Source: Oculina patagonica
Lineage: Eukaryota
Assembly (NCBI RefSeq): GCF_052425735.1
Contig: NC_135760.1
Span: 434,001-498,000 of the forward strand
Length of the DNA stretch: 64,000 bases
Direction: 5' to 3'
This document shows positions 47,825-59,891 of the stretch, piece after piece. Position 1 is the first letter of the stretch, and every line of letters begins with the position of its first letter. Below the pieces are notes generated by a model. It did not search any database and was not told where the DNA came from. It was given only the letters and a program-made list of their open reading frames with translations. A program made the position numbers and the translations under genes.

Positions 47825-48751
47825 ATGGCGAACTCGACTAAAGATGGAAACCACACCACTGTTCAAGAAATACTTTGCCAGACAAGCCTTAACGGAATGC
47901 ATCAGAAGATATTTATTTCAGCACTAAATATTTCTCTATCTGTCACAGCATTTCTAGGGAATGTTCTCATCATTGTTTCTCTTCAAAAGGTGTCGTCCGT
48001 TCATCCGCCATCGAAACTTCTGCTAGGTTGCCTTGCAAGCACTGATCTCTGTGTGGGTCTCATAACACAGCCTCTCTTTGTGGTTTATAAAATGTCTTCT
48101 CAACCCTCGAAACGTTGTCAGCATCTTGGCATTCTTTTTGACACCATAGGTTTAACATTTTGTGGAGTATCTTTGTTAACACTGACTGCAATAAGTGTAG
48201 ACAGACTTCTCGCCCTGTTGTTGGGACTAAGATACAGACAGGTAGTAACTTTGAGGAGAGTGTGGGCCTTTGTGGTTTCTGTTTGGCTTTCTTGTGCTGC
48301 TGTTGCAATCTTACGTTTGTACACCTTTCGCATTTCTTTAACTTACGCCTTCATAGTACTGTTTCTGTGTATAGTAACCTCAACCTATTGTTACATTAAA
48401 ATCTATCTTACACTTCGCCATCACCAAACTCAAGTGCAAGACCATGTTCAGCAAGGACAACAGAATGGAGGAGGAATTGCACTGAATATAGCACGATATA
48501 GAAAAACAGTGTCTAGTGCACTGTGGATACAGATGACATTACTGGCTTGTTATCTTCCATATGCTATATTCGTAGCTGCTGTTCTTATACCTGGATTACA
48601 TACACCATCTCTAAACTTTGCTTGGGCTATAACAATATCTCTGCTTTTGTTAAACTCGTCCATTAATCCATTACTGTATTGCTGGAAAATGAGAATGGTA
48701 CGACAAGCAGTGAAGGAGACAATCAGACAGTTCTGCTGCTTCTCAAGTTAA
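47825..48751 (+). CDS. Intronless class A GPCR, copy 2
   Basis: 308-aa paralogue with the same 7TM motifs (SVDRLLAL, CYLPY, NPLLY). Confidence 0.95.
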   Translation: MANSTKDGNHTTVQEILCQTSLNGMHQKIFISALNISLSVTAFLGNVLIIVSLQKVSSVHPPSKLLLGCLASTDLCVGLITQPLFVVYKMSSQPSKRCQHLGILFDTIGLTFCGVSLLTLTAISVDRLLALLLGLRYRQVVTLRRVWAFVVSVWLSCAAVAILRLYTFRISLTYAFIVLFLCIVTSTYCYIKIYLTLRHHQTQVQDHVQQGQQNGGGIALNIARYRKTVSSALWIQMTLLACYLPYAIFVAAVLIPGLHTPSLNFAWAITISLLLLNSSINPLLYCWKMRMVRQAVKETIRQFCCFSS

Positions 48752-49345
48752 CCGTTTGGTATCCTTAGTTGCATGTTATGAGAAATGGTAAAGATGCTTA
48801 CACTTGATGTAATTTAGTTCGGTCTACTTGATCCTATATTACTTTTACTTGAGTTAATAATACGGCTACATATTTTATTTACATAGCTTTAGTAAGATAA
48901 CTTACTAAAGTATTGCAGCTCTGTAGGCGTGTTCCCCAGTGTCTCACTGCACTTATTTATCACGACGAGCAGTCGTGATCGCTTTTACCAAAATTAAATT
49001 GATGAGTTTCGTTGTTCTAGTGAATGTTCGTCCAATATTCCGTGTGGTTTGTTTTAGAATCGGAATTCCTTCGGCAATTCAATGTGCATTCGATTGTAAA
49101 ACGAAATATTTGTTTACCTCGAACGGCATATATATTTACCCCGGAAATGACGATTTATAGATATTTAGTAAATAAACCCCTTCAGGCGGCTGGTATATTG
49201 GAGGATAATGCCCGAGGCTGAACTGAGATTGTCGAAAAATGAACCACGTGATGCGTTTTGTCCAATGAGCGCGCGCAAAAATTAATGGGTGGGTTATAAA
49301 TATTTCTTGTACTCTGACTTATAAATATTTATTTTGTACTTTAAA

Positions 49346-49405
49346 ATACAATACAATACAATACTTTAATTTGACACTCCCCTTACGGGGCTTTTCAGTG
49401 ACAAT
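49346..49405 (-). mobile_element. LINE/SINE 3' tail fragment with (GTATT)n tail, duplicated at about 52929-52988
   Basis: Minus strand ATTGTCACTGAAAAGCCCCGTAAGGGGAGTGTCAAATTAAAGTATTGTATTGTATTG: stem-loop plus microsatellite tail. Confidence 0.5.
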
Positions 49406-51410
49406 AAATTACAGTAGAAATTACAATTTTACATTTTATCATTTTACATGATATACCATCGTTCTATGGCGAGGAGAGAGAGTGGAATGCAAGTTAATCT
49501 AATTGGGAGCGTAATAGATGAGGGATGACATCTTTCTTTTGTTCTCTTTTTCACTTGTTAGTGAAAAAAAAAAAACTGATATCGAGCAATTTGCATTCAG
49601 AAGACTCTAACCAATGTTGCTGTATTACGGGTGTTGGCTCGTTCAGTTGAGTTGACAGGAAGAATTAAGCACAAGAAAATTAAATGCAGCGCAGTTCAAA
49701 ACAATCTTTGTGTGACAATAATTAGGTTCAGCTGACCTAATGGTGTTTTGCATTAATGCTTTAAAAAATTGAAGTATGCGTTTTCTTAAAACATGCAAAT
49801 TATCAAGGAATTCGAATATGTCTTTCAAATATCAAAAATTTAACTGTCTTTATTTGGTAATAATACGATAAGAAGCGATATTCGTCATTTCACCTAGCTT
49901 TTTCGACGCATGGGTATACATACCCTCTCAAAGTTCAATATTCTTGTAACCAGACATGCTCTCTTTCACAAACAAACTGGAAATTCTTCAGGAGATCAAA
50001 TTTCAAAAACTAGAGACGCCGTTTTCTAGAAGTATTTTTTTTATCCGAGAACATTTTAGCGAAATCGGTCAAGTTTACAACGTCCAGCCCAAGTACAGCA
50101 ATTTTCTTTCCCTGAAAGAGACAAATAGTCGTTCTGGTGATTTTTGCTCAAACAAAGCTTAAAATTTTCCATAAATACGTTATTGACATTGACAGACAAC
50201 CTGCTATCGTAATTCGATAGAGAGGAAGTATCCGCAGCCAATCACGACTCAGAAAAAAGCACAACATCTGCAGCAGAACAAGACGCGGTGCCGGAATAAT
50301 TTGCATAACTTGACAGCACTCGGTAACCTAAGATAATCTTTCGAAACAGTCCATTGTCATAACAGCAAAAGTGGTCACAGTTTGGAGAAATCTCAGACCA
50401 AAAAATCCTTACGCAGGGCTAAATTTATCTGACAGAGAGATTACAACCTCGCTCAGTAGCGGAGAGATAAGAAAGTATTAGAAGCAGACCTAGAACGTGA
50501 CAAACACTACCACCTGCATGGTACTTGTAAGACTATAAACACTTCCTCTTTAAGACAGTTGTGCGACGGCAAAGTCTTCTTCTTTAGTGGTTATAAAAAA
50601 TTGCCTTTCACTGAAAAAGGAAGGTGAGTAAATTTAAAATTAGCTAAATTATTATGAACATAACGTGAATTTATGTGTCAGAAATGTGACCTATAACGCG
50701 GATAGATCACTTGCTATAATCTGAATTCCAAAACAAACAATGAAATTTGCTAGGAATTATGAAAAGAAAGTTATTCATTTCGGTGAATGTAATTTACTGT
50801 TAGAAATTGTAAGCTATAATACTTTGAAAGGAGTGGTTAATTTGAAGATGAGAGTCCGTGTTCCAAGGCAAGACGCTTTACTCACACAAGTGACGCGTTA
50901 TTGTATAAATGGGTTCCAGCGAAATGTCAGGGCGACCTCAAAAATGATTGGGAGCAACAAATTCTCTTTCGCCGACAGATTATACATAATATAATTGTAA
51001 AATCTTCTGTTTGCCGCTGGAATACGACTTTTGCTGCTCCTCAAACCCGGCGCTCGCAGATATTTCATGGAGTTTCCTCTGCCGTAAATGTCAAAGTTAA
51101 TCTATTTTAGACCAAACAAAACTAATTTGCCGTGAGCCTAAGATACGTCTTGACATTTGGTAGTCGCTTGGAAACAAACCATTAAATAATTCCTAGTACC
51201 CGTGTTTGGGAAACTCGACTGAAATGGCCGTTCGTTAGCTTTCATGATTGCGATTTTGTGTAGTAAAAATATACTTTCTAATCAACAGGAAAGACGATAG
51301 AAGCGGTGGAAGAGTATTGAAAACGTCTTTGTAACAGATCCTGGGCCCAGTTGTTCAACGGGTCTTCTTAAACAAATCTGATAAAAGCGTTTTATCTGGC
51401 TTGAAACAAA

Positions 51411-52334
51411 ATGGCGAACGTAACAAAATATGAAAACCTCAATATCGTTCAAGAGTTATTTTGCACGATATCTCTTGGAAAACATCAAAGGATGTTTCTT
51501 TTCATTTTAAGTATTCCTCTCTCCATCACGGCATTTCTAGGGAATGTTCTCATCATTGTTGCTCTTCGCAAGGTGACGTCCGTTCATCCACCATCAAAAA
51601 TTCTGCTAGGTTGCCTTGCGAGCACTGATCTGTGCGTAGGCCTTATTACACAGCCTCTTTACGTTGCTATAGCAATGTCTCCAGAACACTCCAAACGTTG
51701 TCACCACCTTACAATCCTTTTTGAAACCATAGGTTCAACGTTCTGTGCAGTATCTCTGTTAACACTGACTGCAATAAGTGTAGACAGACTTCTCGCCCTG
51801 TTGTTGGGACTAAGATACAGACAGGTAGTAACTTTGAGGAGAGTGTGGGCCTTTGTGGTTTCTGTTTGGCTTTCTTGTGCTGCTGTTGCAATCTTACGTT
51901 TGTACACCTTTCGCATTTCTTTAACTTACGCCTTCATAGTACTGTTTCTGTGTATAGTAACCTCAACCTATTGTTACATTAAAATCTATCTTACACTTCG
52001 CCATCACCAAACTCAAGTGCAAGACCATGTTCAGCAAGGACAACAGAATGGAGGAGGAATTGCACTGAATATAGCACGATATAGAAAAACAGTGTCTAGT
52101 GCACTGTGGATACAGATGACATTACTGGCTTGTTATCTTCCATATGGTATATTCGTAGCTGCAGTTCTTATACCTGGATTACATACACCATCTCTTAACT
52201 TTGCTTGGGCTATAACAATATCTCTGCTTTTGTTAAACTCGTCCATTAATCCATTACTGTATTGCTGGAAAATGAGAATGGTACGACAAGCAGTGAAGGA
52301 GACAATCAGACAGTTTTGCTGCTTCTCAAGTTAA
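51411..52334 (+). CDS. Intronless class A GPCR, copy 3 (chimera: copy-5-type N half, copy-2-type C half)
   Basis: 307-aa ORF. TM1-3 match copy 5 and TM4-7 match copy 2. Confidence 0.95.
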   Translation: MANVTKYENLNIVQELFCTISLGKHQRMFLFILSIPLSITAFLGNVLIIVALRKVTSVHPPSKILLGCLASTDLCVGLITQPLYVAIAMSPEHSKRCHHLTILFETIGSTFCAVSLLTLTAISVDRLLALLLGLRYRQVVTLRRVWAFVVSVWLSCAAVAILRLYTFRISLTYAFIVLFLCIVTSTYCYIKIYLTLRHHQTQVQDHVQQGQQNGGGIALNIARYRKTVSSALWIQMTLLACYLPYGIFVAAVLIPGLHTPSLNFAWAITISLLLLNSSINPLLYCWKMRMVRQAVKETIRQFCCFSS

Positions 52335-54889
52335 CCGTTTGGTGTCCTTAGTTGCATGTTATGAGAAATGGTAAAGATGCTTACACTTGATGTAATTTAG
52401 TTCGGTCTACTTGATCCTATATTACTTTTACTTGAGTTAATAATACGGCTACATATTTTATTTACATAGCTTTAGTAAGATAACTTACTAAAGTATTGCA
52501 GCTCTGTAGGCGTGTTCCCCAGTGTCTCACTGCACTTATTTATCACGACGAGCAGTCGTGATCGCTTTTACCAAAATTAAATTGATGAGTTTCGTTGTAC
52601 TAGTGAATGTTCGTCCAATATTCCGTGTGGTTTGTTTTAGAATCGGAATTCCTTCGGCAATTCAATGTGCATTCGATTGTAAAACGAAATATTTGTTTAC
52701 CTCGAACGGCATATATATTTACCCCGGAAATGACGATTTATAGATATTTAGTAAATAAACCCCTTCAGGCGGCTGGTATATTGGAGGATAATGCCCGAGG
52801 CTGAACTGAGATTGTCGAAAAATGAACCACGTGATGCGTTTTGTCCAATGAGCGCGCGCAAAAATTAATGGGTGGGTTATAAATATTTCTTGTACTCTGA
52901 CTTATAAATATTTATTTTGTACTTTAAAATACAATACAAAACAATACTTTAATTTGACACTCCCCTTACGGGGCTTTTCAGTGACAATAAATTACAGTAG
53001 AAATTACAATTTTACATTTTATCATTTTACATGATATACCATCGTTGTATGGCGAGGAGAGAGAGTGGAATGCAAGTTAATCTAATTGGGAGCGTAATAG
53101 ATGAGGGATGACATCTTTCTTTTGTTCTCTTTTTCACTTGTTAGTGAAAAAAAAAAAACTGATATCGAGCAATTTGCATTCAGAAGACTCTAACCAATGT
53201 TGCTGTATTACGGGTGTTGGCTCGTTCAGTTGAGTTGACAGGAAGAATTAAGCACAAGAAAATTAAATGCAGCGCAGTTCAAAACAATCTTTGTGTGACA
53301 ATAATTAGGTTCAGCTGACCTAATGGTGTTTTGCATTAATGCTTTAAAAAAATTGAAGTATGCGTTTTCTTAAAACATGCAAATTATCAAGGAATTCGAA
53401 TATGTCTCAAAGTTCAATATTCTTGTAACCAGACATGCTCTCTTTCACAAACAAACTGGAAATTCTTCAGGAGATCAAATTTCAAAAACTAGAGACGCCG
53501 TTTTCTAGAAGTATTTTTTTTATCCGAGAACATTTTAGCGAAATCGGTCAAGTTTACAACGTCCAGCCCAAGTACAGCAATTTTCTTTCCCTGAAAGAGA
53601 CAAATAGTCGTTCTGGTGATTTTTGCTCAAACAAAGCTTAAAATTTTCCATAAATACGTTATTGACATTGACAGACAACTTGCTATCGTAATTCGATAGA
53701 GAGGAAGTATCCGCAGCCAATCACGACTCAGAAAAAAGCACAACATCTGCAGCAGAACAAGACGCGGTGCCGGAATAATTTGCATAACTTGACAGCACTC
53801 GGTAACCTAAGATAATCTTTCGAAACAGTCCATTGTCATAACAGCAAAAGTGGTCACAGTTTGGAGAAATCTCAGACCAAAAAATCCTTACGCAGGGCTA
53901 AATTTATCTGACAGAGAGATTACAACCTCGCTCAGTAGCGGAGAGATAAGAAAGTATTAGAAACAGACCTAGAACGTGACAAACACTACCACCTGCATGG
54001 TACTTGTAAGACTATAAACACTTCCTCTTTAAGACAGTTGTGCGACGGCAAAGTCTTCTTCTTTAGTGGTTATAAAAAATTGCCTTTCACTGAAAAAGGA
54101 AGGTGAGTAAATTTAAAATTAGCTAAATTATTATGAACATAACGTGAATTTCTGTGTCAGAAATGTGACCTATAACGCGGATAGATCACTTGCTATAATC
54201 CGAATTCCAAAACAAACAATGAAATTTGCTAGGAATTATGAAAAGAAAGTTATTCATTTCGGTGAATGTAATTTACTGTTAGAAATTGTAAGCTATAATA
54301 CTTTGAAAGGAGTGGTTAATTTGAAGATGAGAGTCCGTGTTCCAAGGCAAGACGCTTTACTCACACAAGTGACGCGTTATTGTATAAATGGGTTCCAGCG
54401 AAATGTCAGGGCGACCTCAAAAATGATTGGGAGCAACAAATTCTCTTTCGCCGACAGATTATACATAATATAATTGTAAAATCTTCTGTTTGCCGCTGGA
54501 ATACGACTTTTGCTGCTCCTCAAACCCGGCGCTCGCAGATATTTCATGGAGTTTCCTCTGCCGTAAATGTCAAAGTTAATCTATTTTAGACCAAACAAAA
54601 CTAATTTGCCGTGAGCCTAAGATACGTCTTGACATTTGGTAGTCGCTTGGAAACAAACCATTAAATAATTCCTAGTACCCGTGTTTGGGAAACTCGACTG
54701 AAATGGCCGTTCGTTAGCTTTCATGATTGCGATTTTGTGTAGTAAAAATATACTTTCTAATCAACAGGAAAGACGATAGAAGCGGTGGAAGAGTATTGAA
54801 AACGTCTTTGTAACAGATCCTGGGCCCAGTTGTTCAACGGGTCTTCTTAAACAAATCTGATAAAAGCGTTTTATCTGGCTTGAAACAAA

Positions 54890-55813
54890 ATGGCGAACGT
54901 AACAAAATATGAAAACCTCAATATCGTTCAAGAGTTATTTTGCACGATATCTCTTGGAAAACATCAAAGGATGTTTCTTTTCATTTTAAGTATTCCTCTC
55001 TCCATCACGGCATTTCTAGGGAATGTTCTCATCATTGTTGCTCTTCGCAAGGTGACGTCCGTTCATCCACCATCAAAAATTCTGCTAGGTTGCCTTGCGA
55101 GCACTGATCTGTGCGTAGGCCTTATTACACAGCCTCTATACGTTGCTGTAGCAATGTCTCCAGAACACTCCAAACGTTGTCACCACCTTACAATCCTTTT
55201 TGAAACCATAGGTTCAACGTTCTGTGCAGTATCTCTGTTAACACTGACTGCAATAAGTGTAGACAGACTTCTCGCCCTGTTGTTGGGACTAAGATACAGA
55301 CAGGTAGTAACTTTGAGGAGAGTGTGGGCCTTTGTGGTTTCTGTTTGGCTTTCTTGTGCTGCTGTTGCAATCTTACGTTTGTACACCTTTCGCATTTCTT
55401 TAACTTACGCCTTCATAGTACTGTTTCTGTGTATAGTAACCTCAACCTATTGTTACATTAAAATCTATCTTACACTTCGCCATCACCAAACTCAAGTGCA
55501 AGACCATGTTCAGCAAGGACAACAGAATGGAGGAGGAATTGCACTGAATATAGCACGATATAGAAAAACAGTGTCTAGTGCACTGTGGATACAGATGACA
55601 TTACTGGCTTGTTATCTTCCATATGGTATATTCGTAGCTGCAGTTCTTATACCTGGATTACATACACCATCTCTTAACTTTGCTTGGGCTATAACAATAT
55701 CTCTGCTTTTGTTAAACTCGTCCATTAATCCATTACTGTATTGCTGGAAAATGAGAATGGTACGACAAGCAGTGAAGGAGACAATCAGACAGTTTTGCTG
55801 CTTCTCAAGTTAA
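54890..55813 (+). CDS. Intronless class A GPCR, copy 4 (near-identical to copy 3)
   Basis: 307-aa ORF; the only visible difference from copy 3 is VAIA versus VAVA. Confidence 0.95.
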   Translation: MANVTKYENLNIVQELFCTISLGKHQRMFLFILSIPLSITAFLGNVLIIVALRKVTSVHPPSKILLGCLASTDLCVGLITQPLYVAVAMSPEHSKRCHHLTILFETIGSTFCAVSLLTLTAISVDRLLALLLGLRYRQVVTLRRVWAFVVSVWLSCAAVAILRLYTFRISLTYAFIVLFLCIVTSTYCYIKIYLTLRHHQTQVQDHVQQGQQNGGGIALNIARYRKTVSSALWIQMTLLACYLPYGIFVAAVLIPGLHTPSLNFAWAITISLLLLNSSINPLLYCWKMRMVRQAVKETIRQFCCFSS

Positions 55814-58027
55814 CCGTTTGGTATCCTTAGTTGCATGTTATGAGAAATGGTAAAGATGCTTACACTTGATGTAATTTAGTTCGGTCTACTTGATCCTATA
55901 TTACTTTTACTTGAGTTAATAATACGGCTACATATTTTATTTACATAGCTTTAGTAAGATAACTTACTAAAGTATTGCAGCTCTGTAGGCGTGTTCCCCA
56001 GTGTCTCACTGCACTTATTTATCACGACGAGCAGTCGTGATCGCTTTTACCAAAATTAAATTGATGAGTTTCGTTGTACTAGTGAATGTTCGTCCAATAT
56101 TCCGTGTGGTTTGTTTTAGGAGCGTAATAGATGAGAGATGACATCTTTCTTTTGTTCTCTTTTTCACTTGTTAGTTGTTAATTTAATGTAGCTGATATCG
56201 AGCAATTTGCATTCAGAAGACTCTAACCAATGTTGCTGTATTACGGGTGTTGGCTCGTTCAGTTGAGTTGACAGGAAGAATTAAGCACAAGAAAATTAAA
56301 TGCAGCGCAGTTCAAAACAATCTTTGTGTGACAATAATTAGGTTCAGCTGACCTAATGGTGTTTTGCATTAATGCTTTAAAAAAATTGAAGTATGCGTTT
56401 TCTTAAAACATGCAAATTATCAAGGAATTCGAATATGTCTTTCAAATATCAAAAATTTAACTGTCTTTATTTGGTAATAATACGATAAGAAGCGATATTC
56501 GTCATTTCACCTAGCTTTTTCGACGCATGGGTATACATACCCTCTCAAAGTTCAATATTCTTGTAACCAGACATGCTCTCTTTCACAAACAAACTGGAAA
56601 TTCTTCAGGAGATCAAATTTCAAAAACTAGAGACGCCGTTTTCTAGAAGTATTTTTTTTATCCGAGAACATTTTAGCGAAATCGGTCAAGTTTACAACGT
56701 CCAGCCCAAGTACAGCAATTTTCTTTCCCTGAAAGAGACAAATAGTCGTTCTGGTGATTTTTGCTCAAACAAAGCTTAAAATTTTCCATAAATACGTTAT
56801 TGACATTGACAGACAACCTGCTATCGTAATTCGATAGAGAGGAAGTATCCGCAGCCAATCACGACTCAGAAAAAAGCACAACATCTGCAGCAGAACAAGA
56901 CGCGGTGCCGGAATAATTTGCATAACTTGACAGCACTCGGTAACCTAAGATAATCTTTCGAAACAGTCCATTGTCATAACAGCAAAAGTGGTCACAGTTT
57001 GGAGAAATCTCAGACCAAAAAATCCTTACGCAGGGCTAAATTTATCTGACAGAGAGATTACAACCTCGCTCAGTAGCGGAGAGATAAGAAAGTATTAGAA
57101 ACAGACCTAGAACGTGACAAACACTACCACCTGCATGGTACTTGTAAGACTATAAACACTTCCTCTTTAAGACAGTTGTGCGACGGCAAAGTCTTCTTCT
57201 TTAGTGGTTATAAAAAATTGCCTTTCACTGAAAAAGGAAGGTGAGTAAATTTAAAATTAGCTAAATTATTATGAACATAACGTGAATTTATGTGTCAGAA
57301 ATGTGACCTATAACGCGGATAGATCACTTGCTATAATCCGAATTCCAAAACAAACAATGAAATTTGCTAGGAATTATGAAAAGAAAGTTATTCATTTCGG
57401 TGAATGTAATTTACTGTTAGAAATTGTAAGCTATAATACTTTGAAAGGAGTGATTAATTTGAAGATGAGAGCCCGTGTTCCAAGGCAAGACGCTTTACTC
57501 ACACAAGTGACGCGTTATTGTATAAATGGGTTCCAGCGAAATGTCAGGGCGACCTCAAAAATGATTGGGAGCAACAAATTCTCTTTCGCCGACAGATTAT
57601 ACATAATATAATTGTAAAATCTTCTGTTTGCCGCTGGAATACGACTTTTGCTGCTCCTCAAACCCGGCGCTCGCAGATATTTCATGGAGTTTCCTCTGCC
57701 GTAAATGTCAAAGTTAATCTATTTTAGACCAAACAAAACTAATTTGCCGTGAGCCTAAGATACGTCTTGACATTTGGTAGTCGCTTGGAAACAAACCATT
57801 AAATAATTCCTAGTACCCGTGTTTGGGAAACTCGACTGAAATGGCCGTTCGTTAGCTTTCATGATTGCGATTTTGTGTAGTAAAAATATACTTTCTAATC
57901 AACAGGAAAGACGATAGAAGCGGTGGAAGAGTATTGAAAACGTCTTTGTAACAGATCCTGGGCCCAGTTGTTCAACGGGTCTTCTTAAACAAATCTGATA
58001 AAAGCGTTTTATCTGGCTTGAAACAAA

Positions 58028-58936
58028 ATGGCGAACGTAACAAAATATGAAAACCTCAATATCGTTCAAGAGTTATTTTGCACGATATCTCTTGGAAAAC
58101 ATCAAAGGATGTTTCTTTTCATTTTAAGTATTCCTCTCTCCATCACGGCATTTCTAGGGAATGTTCTCATCATTGTTGCTCTTCGCAAGGTGACGTCCGT
58201 TCATCCACCATCAAAAATTCTGCTAGGTTGCCTTGCGAGCACTGATCTGTGCGTAGGCCTTATTACACAGCCTCTTTACGTTGCTGTAGCAATGTCTCCA
58301 GAACACTCCAAACGTTGTCACCACCTTACAATCCTTTTTGAAACCATAGGTTCAACGTTCTGTGCAGTATCTCTGTTAACACTGACTGCAATAAGTGTAG
58401 ACAGACTTCTCGCCCTGTTGTTGGGGCTAAGATACAGACAGGTAGTAACTTTGAAGAGAGTGTGGCTTGTTATTGTCTCCATTTGGCTTTTCAGTGCTTC
58501 TGTTGCAACTATGGTGTTTTTTAACTTTCTTATTGCTTTAAGCATCGCCTGCATAGTACTATTTCTGTGTATAGTAACCTCATCTTTCTGTTATATTAAA
58601 ATCTATCTCGCGCTTCGCCATCACCAAACTCAAGTGCAAGACCATGTTCACCAAGAACAACAGAATGGAGGAGGAATGTCACTAAATATAGCACGATACA
58701 GAAAGACAGTGTCTAGTGCACTGTGGATACAGATGACATTGCTGGCTTGTTATCTTCCATATGGTATCGTCACATCTACTGTTGTTATCACTGGATTACA
58801 AACACCATTTCCTACTCACGTAACAATATCTCTAGTTTTGTTAAACTCCACCCTGAATCCATTTCTGTATTGTTGGAAGATGAAGGAAGTAAGACAAGCA
58901 GTGAAGGAGACAATCAAGTGCTGGTTATCATGTTAA
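58028..58936 (+). CDS. Intronless class A GPCR, copy 5
   Basis: 302-aa ORF. N half as copies 3/4; distinct TM4-7, shortened ECL3 and a different C-terminus (KCWLSC). Confidence 0.95.
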   Translation: MANVTKYENLNIVQELFCTISLGKHQRMFLFILSIPLSITAFLGNVLIIVALRKVTSVHPPSKILLGCLASTDLCVGLITQPLYVAVAMSPEHSKRCHHLTILFETIGSTFCAVSLLTLTAISVDRLLALLLGLRYRQVVTLKRVWLVIVSIWLFSASVATMVFFNFLIALSIACIVLFLCIVTSSFCYIKIYLALRHHQTQVQDHVHQEQQNGGGMSLNIARYRKTVSSALWIQMTLLACYLPYGIVTSTVVITGLQTPFPTHVTISLVLLNSTLNPFLYCWKMKEVRQAVKETIKCWLSC

Positions 58937-59811
58937 CTGTTTGGTATATTTGACAGCAAGAATCACAAGTTGAAAGCAAGCACAATAAATACAACTTGTG
59001 AAGCACACCAAAAAAAGTACCAACACGAACAACGCTTCTTGGTCTAAACACGAAGAAGGTGACAGTTTAATCTGGCCAATGAAAATGGAGACTTCCTCTG
59101 GATGGGTTTGTTAGGATTTGAAATGCTTAATTTTGTTATTAACCTATTTCCAAGAAGGAAAGCGGTTATAAAAGGCGGAGAACCACAGCACTAAGCTAGG
59201 ACTATAACACACCAGCCACAAAATCTTAGAAGTGTTTTCAGCTATTACTATTACTTTGAGTAAATAATTGATCTTAATTGTAAAGTTTGTTGTTTTTTAA
59301 TGAAAAAAAAAAAAAATAGAAAGAAAAGAGACAATAAAATAAACAGCAGCTGTGAAAGGTTCTAACTTCTCCCCACGAAATAATTCATTATTTTTTTTGT
59401 TGGTAGCTACGACTCGACTCGACACTACAACACATCTTTCAGCTAAGTTTTCTTAACACAACTTTTATAACTTGTCAAATTGAAGCATTGAAGTTCTATG
59501 AGCGTGTTTATCACAGCCACGGCCGGCGTTCACTAAGCGGTAAGCTTTGGTGTACTTGTGAATGTTCAAGCAATCTTCTAATTCGTTTATTGACCCTAGG
59601 AGACAATGATCGATGGAGCGCTAGTAAAATTATTTCAGATTTCACCGAAAAGTGTGTATGAAAGACGTGTGTATTTGCTTGATCGAATCTAAACGGAATC
59701 GTGATGTGAACATCGGGAAAAAAGAAATCAGAACCGTTTTTCATCACCGAGTTTTAGCCGTCCGAACACATGAATTTTCACTTCCGGTTGCGTCCAAAAA
59801 CCGCGCAACGT

Positions 59812-59891
59812 CTGACTCGACCCAGTCGTCTTTTGAGTCCGTCTTAACTGAACCCGGAGGGAATCATAAGAGACGACTGGGGACGAGTCAG
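59812..59891. mobile_element. Mini-MITE
   Basis: CTGACTCGACCCAGTCGTCT...AGACGACTGGGGACGAGTCAG inverted ends. Confidence 0.65.

Larger units (their letters stand above)
48170..58425 (+). repeat. Recent segmental tandem triplication (units of about 3.1-3.6 kb: GPCR C-half + spacer + GPCR N-half)
   Basis: The spacers after copies 2, 3 and 4 are nearly identical; the same small ORFs recur at 49956, 53435 and 56573. ATG-to-ATG distances are 3586, 3479 and 3138. Confidence 0.95.

Noticed and set aside
49956-57727. Recurrent small ORFs in GPCR spacers as a conserved gene cassette
   Set aside because: They recur only because the spacers were recently duplicated; no motifs, and the older spacer after copy 1 does not keep them.
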